63,651 bases of DNA, filler included, from Octopus bimaculoides (GCF_001194135.2; 6 parts of 6 records of this genome joined end to end with filler, not necessarily neighbours in it), one strand, 5' to 3'. Numbered from the whole stretch's first letter, positions 24,090 through 36,204 are shown. Program-made: numbers and translations. Notes: generated from the sequence alone by a model not told the origin.

Positions 24090-25400
24090 ACTCCTGAGGT
24101 TGGACCTAGGGGTCCATATTAGGATTCCGTGTTAGCAGGTATATATTATATTAGGGCAAAAAGAACAGAAACCAAAGGAGGACAAGTATCTCAAGTCATA
24201 TAGAATAATTCAATTAAGGTAAATCTAAAGTCTGACAGCTGTTTCTGGGATATCCCCGGTGATAGGCCAGTATGTCTGTATGCTGGTTATTACGTCATCA
24301 AAAACAAGGTGGGTATGTATGAAAGTTCTAAATAGGGAAATTCACAATGTACAAGGAATAAAATAGAAGAATAAAGAGTAAGGTATATAGAAGAATATAG
24401 ACAGGAGAATAGAGTTCACAGCTCATCTTTTTCCACAGAATATGGAGGTTGGTCTGTACTTCTGTGAAGATCCCAGGTAAATCCAGGAGGTATTTTGAAT
24501 AATACCTTCATGTTGAAGTGACTAGCTAGTATGTAAATGATCCACATGGGTATACAGAGTGAGAAATACAGACACCAAGATAGATAGAAATGGTTTGTGA
24601 GTTGAATGAAGAGAGAGAGAGAAAAATGAAAGGAGTGGGAAAGAATGAATGAGGAATTAGAATAAAAAATAAGAAATAAGAAAATAAAGATAGAAATAAG
24701 ATGCCAGTATAAGTATTGGTTCCGGGTGAAAGGTCAGCTATGAAGGTTTTGGTAGGGGAAAAGGTATGTCCATTAATTGAATAGTTGAATTCTAGGTTAG
24801 GTGTGGTCAAGGAGAATATTTAGTTCAGTGGTCAATAGGGATAGCTAAAAATAGATGCCTAGCTTAAGGGGGTATATATTGGATAAAACTATAATTAAAT
24901 GGATAAAGGATATACATTAAGGAATTTAAAATTAAAAAATTAAAGGTTTAAAGCTAGGTAGCTTCCAAGTTACTAAATGTATATATATCGTAGCAACCGT
25001 GGATGCATATTGGCAAGTGTTATGTGTGTTGATTGTGCTTGCATTTGGACTTATGGAAGAATCTAAATGTGCAATAAAACTTGTGTTTATATGTAGAAAA
25101 TGCTTTGCAGTGAATTATGAACTAATATTTGGAGGGCTTCTTTCCGGCAGAGTCCCATACCAAAGCCAGCAGCTTGGTATGGGACACCAGATTCTATTAT
25201 GGCTCAGGATATCCTATATGGTACTTTCCTACTTATCAGATGCTGTACGTGGTTGGCTAGGGATGTGGATTTGCTATGCTACTCATATTTGAGTTTAGAT
25301 GTGCAGAATATCTCTGTTTAAAATTAAAATTAATAGTAGACCCGATGTTGTAGCTAGTAGAATTATGTAATATGTTGTGGACAATGCATTGTCCACTTTA
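24090..25400 (-). mobile_element. Penelope-like element remnants (GIY-YIG C-terminus plus pLTR with hammerhead half)
   Basis: KSTSLANHVQHL..RKVPYRIS*AIIESGVPY.....GLCRKEALQIL (about 25110-25290) resembles the PLE GIY-YIG end; GAAACAGCTGTC-AGA hammerhead half at 24231-24245. May be more than one fragment. Confidence 0.6.
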
Positions 25401-25750
25401 ACTTGTCCATCTTCCCTTTCCACAACTCACCTACATAAGACAGATCGCTGCAACTGCCGATCCTGGACTGAATGCCTGCTGCAAGCCCACTGCAGAAGGC
25501 TTAACATCTAGCAGCACCAGCATGGGTGCTTTTGAAGTGACACCAGCACATGTATGTGTGGAAGAGAGCAATTTTACTTAGCTTGATGCATCTTACCAAA
25601 TACAGCAAATCGCCACGTCTCCCAGTCACTTGTCATTTTTTCAGTAAGGTCCAGCGTCCAAAGATCCTTTCTCACCACTTCCTCCCACGTGTTCCTGGGT
25701 CTACCCCTCTTACATGTACCCTTCACAATTAGAGCTTGGCACTTCTTTAT
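25390..25750 (-). mobile_element. RTE-clade LINE 3' fragment
   Basis: KGTCKRGRPRNTWEEVVRKDLWTL.LTE.MTSD...WRFAV, same family as 32142-35340. Confidence 0.8.
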
Positions 25751-25854
25751 GCAGCTATATATATATATACACACACACATATTTATATTTAATATCTGCC
25801 ACAGAATCTCTAATATAACTGCGTTGATTTCCGTATTTTATCATATTTTTTTAG

Positions 25855-26045
25855 GAATTGTTCATTTCCTGGGCTTCTTAAGCAAACTAAACCATGGGTT
25901 AAGCTATCTGGATTTGTCGAAGACTGGCTTGACAGGCAAAGGTATCAACAAACTTTCTGAGACAATGACTGAAAGTTCTGTTATACAAAAGTCTTTGAAA
26001 ACTCTTAAGATTGCAGATAATCCAATGAAAGGAGAAGATATGACG
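25855..26045 (+). CDS. CARMIL: CARMIL / LRRC16 (capping protein regulator and myosin 1 linker), internal LRR exon
   Basis: TTTTTTAG acceptor and GTAAGT donor; 191 nt, phase 1 to 0. (G)IVHFLGFLSKLNHGLSYLDLSKTGLTGKGINKLSETMTESSVIQKSLKTLKIADNPMKGEDMT aligns from memory with human CARMIL1 [55 protein letters not shown]. Confidence 0.9.
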
Positions 26046-26436
26046 GTAAGTCTTTTAAACTAATATACAAAGGAAAGTAATTTATTGTGTTATTCAGCAA
26101 AGTATTAGATCAAGTATCAATTTCCTTTTGGAAATTAATCCAGAATGAAATGAGGGTAGTCCCATGTAGTGCTACAGGATTAATATAGTTCTACATATTT
26201 CAGAAATTAGGCATAATCAGAGATATTATACACAGAACTTGTTCATGAAAGGTGTGTGTCTCCATGTTGTTTTTTGAAAGATGGTGAATAGAGATAATTT
26301 CTTTAGACATTTATTTGTTTTCCTCTTGTTAATTTCTCTTAATTTCATGCATCAAGTAAAATGTAATCTTAAGGTTAGTAGTAAGAATTTAGTTCACTAT
26401 TTTCTGACATAAGCTAATTTTAAGGTAGTAATTTAA

Positions 26437-26648
26437 CCCTTTTGTTACCATATTCCTGTTAACATATGCTGCATTTGTTTTAATTTTTTTAAAAATGAAT
26501 TTAGTAAAATGATTTCCTCATTATTAAACTGGGACAATATAGCATAAAATTTTGATGGAAGATTATAATTTAGACTACTTTAAAACAGTAAGTTATAACA
26601 TAAGTTATAGAACTTGAGGTGGTCTCAGGTGGACTGATATCGAAAGGG
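26437..26648. mobile_element. piggyBac-type MITE in CARMIL intron
   Basis: TTAA-CCCTTTTG left end and CGAAAGGG right end (7/8 inverted match); the right TTAA is degraded to TTCT. Confidence 0.55.
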
Positions 26649-26921
26649 TTCTAAATTTCAAAATTACCTATTTAACTTTTGACTGTGATTATATCCATTA
26701 TGTTGTATCGTGGACAAGAATTGAAAAAAAAAAAAAAAAAAAACTTTGTATTAAACATGGAAACCAAATATATTTTGGGAATGGCTATAACTAAGTAAAT
26801 TAAATATTACATTAAGCTATTAAATATTACATTAAGGGTTGTAACTTTGTATCCTTGTAGATGCCTGCACTGTATCATGTTCAAAAATATTAATGACATC
26901 ACTCTCTATCTTGTTTTTCAG

Positions 26922-26999
26922 AATCTATGTAAATTTTTAGCAACATCAAATGTTCTGACCCACCTAGATCTGTCTGGGCTGGAAATACCTCTTGAAATG
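26922..26999 (+). CDS. CARMIL: CARMIL / LRRC16, next LRR exon
   Basis: TTGTTTTTCAG acceptor and GTGAGA donor; 78 nt, phase 0 to 0. NLCKFLATSNVLTHLDLSGLEIPLEM continues the alignment (human [26 protein letters not shown], from memory). Confidence 0.9.
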
Positions 27000-27409
27000 G
27001 TGAGAAGTAACTTTTTTTCATTTCTTTTTCAGTATTTTTTTTTTTTTTTTTTCATTATACAAGTATACAAGCATTATTCTTTATTCACATCATATAGCAT
27101 AGAGAATCAGTTGAATATGTATCAGTTGAATATGTGTATTTGTGTGTCGCTGACCAAACCATTCAATTTTTTTTCTCCTTGTTTTTCTCTTTGTTTTCTC
27201 TGTATTCTTTCTGTTGAAGAGCATAGTTTGAAACGTTAAAGACTTTTTGTATTCCCGAGCGTTAAACTAATACATCCTTTTGTTGTTTACACCACCTGTC
27301 CTCGTCTGTTGTTGTTTTTTTCATAAATTCTCCCATATATATATATATATATATATAATGGATTCTCTTGTCATGAACGATAAATGAGGGTTCAGTAAAA
27401 TAAAGTGTT

Positions 27410-27985
27410 AATCATGTTCTATGGGCACAAACATGTCTCTTGAGGCCTGCTGGTGCCTTACAAACCTTTTGGCAAATGTAACAAGTTGAAGACTCAGTTT
27501 GCTTGAGTGTCAGTGGATCATTTATTATGTGTTTTCTTGAGTGGACAGCTAGGCCTATTTTGCTTCGTGCCACAAAACCACAATGACAGGTAAGGTTTCC
27601 ATTTTGAGGAGCAGTGTTTTGCCACCATGCCTTCATGCTTGCACAAAGTTGGTCCTGGTGCTGGAGTCAACTTTGCTCAAATCTTTGAACTGTAGAGAAG
27701 CAGGATTGGCATTGGGTCCTATGTTTTGATGTTTTATTTTCTCAGGAAGAAATGGGTATGTTGCATCACTTCAGGTTGATTTTTAGCTTGTCTTTGGAGT
27801 GCAAGAGTGGCTTTCCAACTGATCTTCCTGTTGGAAATTGGCCAAAGAGAAGTTGCTTCAGAATTCTGCTATCACTCATACATGAGAGATGACCTGACCA
27901 TCTAAGCTGTGTTTTGATGAGGATGGCTTCAATACTTGATATGTTGCATTTTGTTAGTATCTCACTGTTATGAATATGGTCACTC
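27410..27985 (-). mobile_element. RTE/BovB-like LINE 3' end with two C2H2 fingers
   Basis: IEAILIKTQLRWSGHL..MSDSRILKQLLFGQ; C.CGFVARSKIGLAVHSRKH and CYICQKVCKAPAGLKRH. Confidence 0.85.
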
Positions 27986-28059
27986 GGTTTTGTGTTGGAG
28001 GTAGTATGCAAGTATTGCATGTGTGTACATATGTACATATTGATTTTTACTTTTATATG

Positions 28060-28128
<69 letters not shown>

Positions 28129-29055
28129 ATATATATNNNNNNNNNNNNNNNNNNNNNNNNNNNNNNNNNNNNNNNNNNNNNNNNNNNNNNNNNNNNNNNN
28201 NNNNNNNNNNNNNNNNNNNNNNNNNNNNNNNNNNNNNNNNNNNNNNNNNNNNNNNNNNNNNNNNNNNNNNNNNNNNNNNNNNNNNNNNNNNNNNNNNNNN
28301 NNNNNNNNNNNNNNNNNNNNNNNNNNNNNNNNNNNNNNNNNNNNNNNNNNNNNNNNNNNNNNNNNNNNNNNNNNNNNNNNNNNNNNNNNNNNNNNNNNNN
28401 NNNNNNNNNNNNNNNNNNNNNNNNNNNNNNNNNNNNNNNNNNNNNNNNNNNNNNNNNNNNNNNNNNNNNNNNNNNNNNNNNNNNNNNNNNNNNNNNNNNN
28501 NNNNNNNNNNNNNNNNNNNNNNNNNNNNNNNNNNNNNNNNNNNNNNNNNNNNNNNNNNNNNNNNNNNNNNNNNNNNNNNNNNNNNNNNNNNNNNNNNNNN
28601 NNNNNNNNNNNNNNNNNNNNNNNNNNNNNNNNNNNNNNNNNNNNNNNNNNNNNNNNNNNNNNNNNNNNNNNNNNNNNNNNNNNNNNNNNNNNNNNNNNNN
28701 NNNNNNNNNNNNNNNNNNNNNNNNNNNNNNNNNNNNNNNNNNNNNNNNNNNNNNNNNNNNNNNNNNNNNNNNNNNNNNNNNNNNNNNNNNNNNNNNNNNN
28801 NNNNNNNNNNNNNNNNNNNNNNNNNNNNNNNNNNNNNNNNNNNNNNNNNNNNNNNNNNNNNNNNNNNNNNNNNNNNNNNNNNNNNNNNNNNNNNNNNNNN
28901 NNNNNNNNNNNNNNNNNNNNNNNNNNNNNNNNNNNNNNNNNNNNNNNNNNNNNNNNNNNNNNNNNNNNNNNNNNNNNNNNNNNNNNNNNNNNNNNNNNNN
29001 NNNNNNNNNNNNNNNNNNNNNNNNNNNNNNNNNNNNNNNNNNNNNNNNNNNNNNN

Positions 29056-29670
29056 GGAAACCACAAGCTATCTTTTTTTTTCCGGCTTGTTTACATTCTG
29101 CGTAACGGTTTGTTTCCACAGTAATCATTTCAAACAAGCATGCTGGAAAAAATAAGAAAAAGAAGTCTAAAGGTTTCGCTTCCTGAGAAAGACTATGGGT
29201 AGACCCTGTCTCCTCAGAAAAATTTGTTAATAAAAATATTTTAAAAATCTTTACTCCATTCTGATGTAAAATCATCCTCGCTGTCGCCGTCGCTGCTTTC
29301 AGTTTCGAATACAGAAATATCCGATTCATTATCGTTCACCACGTGCTTTTGTAGCTCATTCATTCTTTTCTTTGATATCTCCATATCTTCTGTTGAAAAA
29401 CCTTCAAATTCAGAATCACTGCTTGATAGCATGAAACTCCTCTCCATCTTCAAAGTTGAAAAAAATTAACGCTGCAAAAAATTTGGAAAAAAATCTTCCA
29501 AAATTCACTGAGTTCAAATATCACGTCAAACAATGTCAGATACAATAACTCAACTGTTTGCAAAGTGAAATCAGGTGTTTTAACGAATGTACTAACGAGG
29601 TTTGGGTTCAGATATACATTTAAATAATAATGGGTACTCTCGGCCGGCTACGGCCGGGTTGGTCTTATGA
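29056..29670 (-). mobile_element. piggyBac transposase 5' fragment, truncated by gap
   Basis: SSSDSEFEGF acidic N-terminus, then EETGSTHSLSQEAKPLDFFFLFFP..LFEMITVETNRYA; homologous to 1499-1853. Confidence 0.8.
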
Positions 29671-30152
29671 ACCAAAAAATTTAGTAACGAAATTCCTTTC
29701 ATTTTGCTCTATTTTGTTTATTTTTTACTCTATCTTCCTCTACCTCCTCATCCTCTCTCTTATCTTCTCAGCTACTCCTGTACACAAGATTCTTAGACAC
29801 TATGTTTATACACCATACTTTATCATAAAGCCAATCCTTAACTACCCCCCACTCTATCTACCTCTCTTTCTACTTATTTACTTTTCTTCTTTTTACCACT
29901 TCCACTGCTATTCTGTTATTAAACATTGATATGTTCATGTCTGTTTTTCTCTGGATGTTTACAATATCAGGATTTTCACCCACATGGCTCTACGCAGGAT
30001 TGCACCTGAACTTGTTTCTGTAACATCAGAAAGTTGAACCATGAACTTTTATGCTTCTTTTTTCTTCTCTCTCTTCATCTCCTTATTCCTTTACTCCCTT
30101 CCTCCTATGTCGTTATTTCATTAATATATACCCTTCGCATTTTCCCTATTTT

Positions 30153-30206
30153 TCCTTGATGATTGAATATCCAATACTCGGGGATATTCCAAAAACAGCT
30201 GTAAGA
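30153..30206 (+). ncRNA. Decayed hammerhead motif, same family as 16411-16456
   Basis: TTGATGA-TTGAATATCC..GGATATTCCA-AAAA-CAGCTG-TA-AGA; core mutated (C3>U, G12>A). Confidence 0.45.
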
Positions 30207-31066
30207 CTTTGAATTTTTTCCAGTAATAATAATGTATATGGCTTGAGACGTTTGCCTTGCCTTAATGTTTGTTGTCCTCTTTAACAATTATATATCTGCT
30301 GCATCAAAAATCTGCAATGCCTCCATTACTACCATCTCAGCTATAACTTTGGAGCCTTAGAAATCCGTTACACCACTTACCTAGCATACCTAATCATTTA
30401 GATCACCTGTGAACTAAACCCCCATACTTGGTATATATATATATTTATGGGTGCTTTTTATGTGGCACCAACATTGTGAGGTCTGTTTTGGCTTGGTTTT
30501 ACTGCTGGATGCCATTCCAATTGCCAACCACTTTACAATGTAGACTAGACACTTTTTATGTGGCACCAGCACTGGTGAAGTCGTCAAGTAACTTGTAAGA
30601 CAAAAATCCTTTGATAGGGGAGGAGTCATTGGAGGAGGTGGCCTTATGACAGAGGGATAGAAACAGGTGTCTTACTGTAGAGGAGATACATAATTACTCA
30701 GTCAGAGGGAGAGGGCAAGAGAGAGAGTGATCAGGAATGAGAGAGAGTGAGATGGTGGAAGAGAGTGAGAGTGCAAGAGAGAGAAGGGTGTGAGAGAGAG
30801 AGAGAAAGAAAGATGGTGGTGAAGTGCCAGGGCTTACCCTCAAGGTACAGGAATCTGAATATAGATGAGATGGTAGAGTATTGCCAAGGGTGCATGAGTA
30901 GGGAGTACATGAATGTAGTGACTTTTGAAACTTGGGTATATAGAGGAGTTGTGGGACAACAGGACAGCAATGATACCCCATACATATGCACACACTCACA
31001 CAAACACCCATATAAATATAAATAAGTTTATATACTCATAAATATATATATGTGTGTGTATATATA

Positions 31067-31320
31067 CAGGGTGCAGTGAATAAACTGTCGTCTAAATTAC
31101 GCAAAAATGAAAACAACACTGATGTTAGATTGTTTTTGTTGTAATGATACAAAACTAGTTTCGCATTGTTAAATCCGCTGTCGTGGATAAAAAGCGGCCA
31201 GCTCAGTGGCTGGGGGAATGACAGTCAAATAGACAACCATTCACTCTGCATGGCACAACATGGTAGAAGTGGTAAAACAAGATAACTATATTGAATCGAA
31301 AATAATCAGATTACCTGCAT
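31067..31320. mobile_element. Tc1/mariner-type terminal fragment
   Basis: TA-CAGGGTGCAGTGAATAAACTG terminus typical of Tc1-like TIRs; partner end not seen. Confidence 0.4.
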
Positions 31321-31539
31321 GTTATTATCATTAGACATTGCTCAACACTACCAATGTACTAGTATCATCACTGGACGTGACATGACACAAAACAAAAGAA
31401 CAAGAAGAAAACAGATACACAGTGACAAACTGCAGGAATACACATGCAAGACTATTGTTATCATATCGGCTACACAGTGCGTATTGTGCCACAGAAAATA
31501 ACCAAATCATGCAGTGTTGTATTGCACAAGAAAAACAAC

Positions 31540-32140
31540 AATAATATGGTGACATCTGGCATTCCCAAAATGCAGTGGCACACAGACAATGCAGCCGAAG
31601 CCCTGCAAATACTCAGACAAAACATCATGTACTATTATGAAGATGAAGTTACAGAACCAAGGAAAATAGCATTAAAAATATTGAGAGGCATTGGAAATGA
31701 AGGACTCAAATATCTGAATGCATCTAGCTTATTAGAGGCTGACAAGAAAAACTCAAACTGTGGGAATTATTCGAAACAGAAGTCAGCACAAACCTCATTT
31801 TCAGAGTACATTACCTTAAACTGATGGCATGTAGGCAGCAGCATGATGAGACATTGATGACTTTGTTACAAGAGCCCAAACAATAGCAAAAAAATGTGAG
31901 TTTGAAGAAAAAGAGCTTAAACAACGAATCATTAAGTTGATCGCTTCAATTCCAAATGAAGCCTTCCAAAAAAAAACTGCTTGGAAAGGAGAAAGACTAC
32001 AAACTTGAAGATGCCCAAATAGAGGGTAGAAAATTTGAAGCCATATCTTGCAGGAAGAAGTCAGATGCAATAAAGTGGAGTTTGGTGTCCAATGAAGGAA
32101 GGTAAGCATAAGTGGACTGGCTGAGGCCATAGATTTAAGT
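31540..32140 (+). mobile_element. Gypsy-type gag remnant interrupted by the RTE
   Basis: MQWHTDNAAEALQILRQNIMYYYEDE....KIALKILRGIGNEGLKYLNAS resembles invertebrate Gypsy gag N-termini; frameshifted. Confidence 0.55.
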
Positions 32141-32141
32141 C

Positions 32142-35100
32142 TCACTTGGCTTGCCGGGTCTTTTCACGTACAGCATATTTCCAAAGGTCTTGGTCAGAAG
32201 TCATCGCCTCCGTGAGGCCCAATGTTCGAAGGTCGTGCTTCACCACCTCATCCCAGGTCTTCCTGGGCCTACCTCTTCCACAGGCTCCCTCAACTGCTAA
32301 GTTGTGGCACTTTTTCATGCAGCTATCCTCATNNNNNNNNNNTCTTCCTGGGCCTACCTCTTCCACAGGCTCCCTCAACTGCTAAGTTGTGGCACTTTTT
32401 CATGCAGCTATCCTCATCTATTCTCGCTACATGACCATACCAGTGCAATCGTCTCTCTTGCAAACCAGAACTGATGCTTCGTAAGTTCAACTTTTCTCTC
32501 AAGGTACTGATACTCTGTCTAGTATGCACACTGACATTACACATCTATCGGAGCATACTGGCTTCATTCCTTGCGAGCCTACGCATGTCCTCAGCAGTCA
32601 TGGCCCATGTTTCACTGCCATGAAGCATGGCTGTTCGTACACATGCGTCATACAATCTGCCTTTTACTCTGAGAGAGAGACCCTTTGTCGCCAGCAGAGG
32701 TAAGAGCTCTCTGAACTTTGCCCAGGCTATTCTAATTCTAGCAGCTACGCTTTCAGCACACCCACCCCCACTGCTAATTTGGTCACCAAGATAGCAGAAG
32801 CTATCAACCACTTCTAGTTTTTCTCCCTGGAATGTGGCAGAAGTTGTTTTCTGCACATTCACAGTGTTTATAGCTCCTGAACATCTGCTACATACAAAAA
32901 CTAACCTCCTAGTTAACCTTCGTTTGATATTGCTGCACCGCTTATGTGTCCATAGCTTGCACTGGGTGCATCTTATAGAGTTACTACCCACTCCTTTTCT
33001 ACAGATCGAGCAGGGCCATCTACCCAAAGGGGTTTGTGTGTTTTGTCTGCCTTCCTACTTATTAGGAATTTGGTTTTAGCTAGGTTGACTCTAAAGCCCT
33101 TCGATTCTAGTCCTTGCTTCCACACCTGAAACTTCTCCTCTAGTTCTGATAGTGACTCAGCAATTAGTGCAAGGTCATCAGCATAGAGGAGCTCCCAGGG
33201 GCATCCTGTCTTGAATACCTCTGTTATCGCCTGGAGTACCGTGATAAATAGGAGGGGGCTGAGGACAGAACCTTGATGGACCCCTACCTCCACCCGGAAT
33301 TCTTCACTGTATTCATTGCCAACCCTCACCTTACTGACAGCATCTCTGTACATGGCTCGCACAGCTCTCACTAACCATTCTTCTATCCCTAGTTTCCTTA
33401 ATGACCACCAGATGAGAGATCGGGGGACCCTGTCAAAGGCTTTCTCCATATCAACGAAAGGCAGGTACAGAGGTTTATCCTTGGCTAGGTATTTCTCCTG
33501 AAGCTGCCTTACAAGAAATATAGCATCAGTGGTNNNNNNNNNNNNNNNNNNNNNNNNNNNNNNNNNNNNNNNNNNNNNNNNNNNNNNNNNNNNNNNNNNN
33601 NNNNNNNNNNNNNNNNNNNNNNNNNNNNNNNNNNNNNNNNNNNNNNNNNNNNNNNNNNNNNNNNNNNNNNNNNNNNNNNNNNNNNNNNNNNNNNNNNNNN
33701 NNNNNNNNNNNNNNNNNNNNNNNNNNNNNNNNNNNNNNNNNNNNNNNNNNNNNNNNNNNNNNNNNNNNNNNNNNNNNNNNNNNNNNNNNNNNNNNNNNNN
33801 NNNNNNNNNNNNNNNNNNNNNNNNNNNNNNNNNNNNNNNNNNNNNNNNNNNNNNNNNNNNNNNNNNNNNNNNNNNNNNNNNNNNNNNNNNNNNNNNNNNN
33901 NNNNNNNNNNNNNNNNNNNNNNAACACATTTCTCTCCTACGATATCACTATTCTCTCTCTTACACTGTCTTGCAACACAAAATACCTCAAGTCTTTGGTC
34001 CTCACGGTGCAGAACATTGGCAAATCTTTTCTTATCTGCTTCCCCTGTGACTAAATAAACCTGTCGCCTAGCTTCCCTTCTGGCAGATTGGTACAATTCC
34101 CTGCTACCACCGTTCTTCCAGTCCTTTCAAGCCTGTTTCTTTTGTCTAATAGCCCTGTCTACCTCCTTGTTCCACCACCACGTTATTTTAGGTCGAGAAA
34201 GGACCTTGCACCAACCACAGATCTCGTCGGTGGCCCTCAGCAGGTTGTCCCATAGAAACGTCCAGTTGTCCTCTACATTGTGTGAAGCTACATCCCACTC
34301 TATTTCGTCGAAGGCTTTGAGTAATAAGTCTCTAAATCTTTGTCCATTCGCAGGATCTTTGAGCTTCCATATCCTTCTCCTCCAAGCTGGTCGTCTTCTA
34401 GGCAGCCACTTAGCTCTGATCCTGAAGTCACTAACTACTAGTCTATGTTGTTGGGTACATTTTTCGCCTGGGAAGGTTTTGGCATTTCTAAGCAGCCATC
34501 TTTCCCTTTTCCTGGTGAGAATGTAGTTAATTTGGCTAGTGTGCCTGCCAGAACGGTAGGTGACTAGGTGACTGGCAGGTTTCCTGAAGTTAGTATTGCA
34601 GACCATAAGGTCATTTGCATCACAGAACTCCAAAACCATAGCCTCCATGTACGCCATAGAAGCCCCCTGAATGTTGTCCTACATGACCATTGAAGTCACC
34701 AGCCACAAAGAGAAGGTCCCTGTCATTCGTCGATGAGGTAGTCTGCAGGAGGGTGTCATAAAATTGGTCTTTCTGTCCGTCGGGTAGCCCGGGCTGAGGG
34801 GCATAGGCCGAGATAATTGTTACTAACCCATAGTGTAGGACTAATCTAATCCTAAGTATTCTGTCGCATACTCTAACTACCTCGATTACTTTATCCACCC
34901 ATTTCTCTGCAAGAAGTATACCCACGCCCCCGACCCCATCTGTGTTTCCTGCCCAGAAAATCTTGTACCTGTGTTTTTTGCTGTGAGGAACCTAGCGGAA
35001 CATCCTCTCCACCTTACTTCTTGGAGGCAGCAGATATTGACATGTCTCCGTTCAAGCATCTGAACAATCTCACCAGACCTACCTTTCAGTGTGCCTAAGA

Positions 35101-35340
35101 GTGCCAACCTTGAGGGTGTAGGAGGTATGGACCCGTGAGACCCTGGGGTGGGGGACGGCAGCGTCATGTACCTGAAAAGAAAGCTCGCATTTTGCAGAAA
35201 ACATAACAATCAGTAGCATTCCTTTCAGCCAGCAACACTATGCTATCGTATTTTGCACCATATGATCTCTACCTTACGTAGGGGATAAAACCCTAAGTGG
35301 GGGTGGGAAATCTTTAGAAGTGTTCATGGGAGACAGTCAC
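32142..35340 (-). mobile_element. Near full-length RTE-clade LINE (APE + RT + PHD-like insert), frameshifted, 3' UTR absent
   Basis: GTLKGRSGEIVQMLERRHVNICCLQEVRWRG, ISAYAPQ, GDFNGHVG, FVDMEKAFDRVP, LLYADDL and RLHWYGHVAR; stop at 32142. A gap spans 33534-33922. Confidence 0.95.
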
Positions 35341-35341
35341 A

Positions 35342-35409
35342 GTACTGGTGAGGAAGATAGGAACCTCCGGTACTGGTGTAGAAGATAGGAACTTCCGGTA
35401 CTGGTGTAG
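35342..35409. repeat. 28-bp minisatellite (TACTGGTGTAGAAGATAGGAACYTCCGG)n running into a gap
   Basis: About 2.4 tandem units visible. Confidence 0.8.
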
Positions 35410-35916
35410 NNNNNNNNNNNNNNNNNNNNNNNNNNNNNNNNNNNNNNNNNNNNNNNNNNNNNNNNNNNNNNNNNNNNNNNNNNNNNNNNNNGCAACAAAC
35501 CCGCGGGGAGCAAGGAGTTAATCGAAGGGGGAGGAGAAGAGATATAGAGAGCGAGTGAAAACGAGATAGACATAGTGAAATAGATATCGGGAGAGACAGA
35601 TTAAGTCAGTTTTAAAAAATAGTACTCCATCAACCTGCATCGCAACTAGGATACCACCCCTTTACATCACCATCAGGGAGACTGAGAGATATATTGTGGT
35701 GATGGAGAAATAATTTGGTGTTTTAGTGGGGTGATCAATGTAAAATATGGGTGGAGAGGAGAATATAAGGATGAAGGATAGATGTAAAAAAAAAAAATAT
35801 AGCTTTGGACAGTGAGAAAGATTAGTTGTATCAGGGAAAAGCTACAGTTAGAGAGATGATGGGTGGTGGGAGTGTCTTGAAGAGGAAATTGGACAATGGC
35901 CTAGTTGTGCATATAT

Positions 35917-36104
35917 ATATCATCATCATCGTTTAACGTCCGCTTTCCATGCTAGCATGGGTTGGACGATTTGACTGAGGACTGGTGAAACCGGATGGCA
36001 ACACCAGGCTCCAGTCTGATTTGGCAGAGTTTCTACAGCTGGATGCCCTTCCTAACGCCAACCACTCAGAGAGTGTAGTGGGTGCTTTTACGTGTCACCC
36101 GCAC
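35917..36104 (-). mobile_element. RTE 3' UTR/tail fragment
   Basis: Reverse complement of 20330-20510. Confidence 0.85.
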
Positions 36105-36204
36105 NNNNNNNNNNNNNNNNNNNNNNNNNNNNNNNNNNNNNNNNNNNNTTAATTAATTAANNNNNNNNNNNNNNNNNNNNNNNNNNNNNNNNNNNNNNNN
36201 NNNN
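36105..36204. other. Artificial scaffold spacer (44 N + TTAATTAATTAA + 44 N)
   Basis: Same structure as 7914-8013. Confidence 0.95.

Noticed and set aside
27207-27243. Hammerhead-like TCTTT..TTGAAGA..GAAACGTT-AAAGA
   Set aside because: Core spacing is wrong and stem II does not pair; too degenerate to call.
27766-29329. Long ORF-track entries spanning N runs or microsatellites (also 10463, 19193, 40277, 44061, 59383, 61817 and the poly-YI/CV/HT/SL ORFs)
   Set aside because: Open only because N and dinucleotide repeats lack stop codons.
32258-32417. 75-bp perfect tandem duplication in the RTE
   Set aside because: Same signature: identical copies either side of a 10-N gap.
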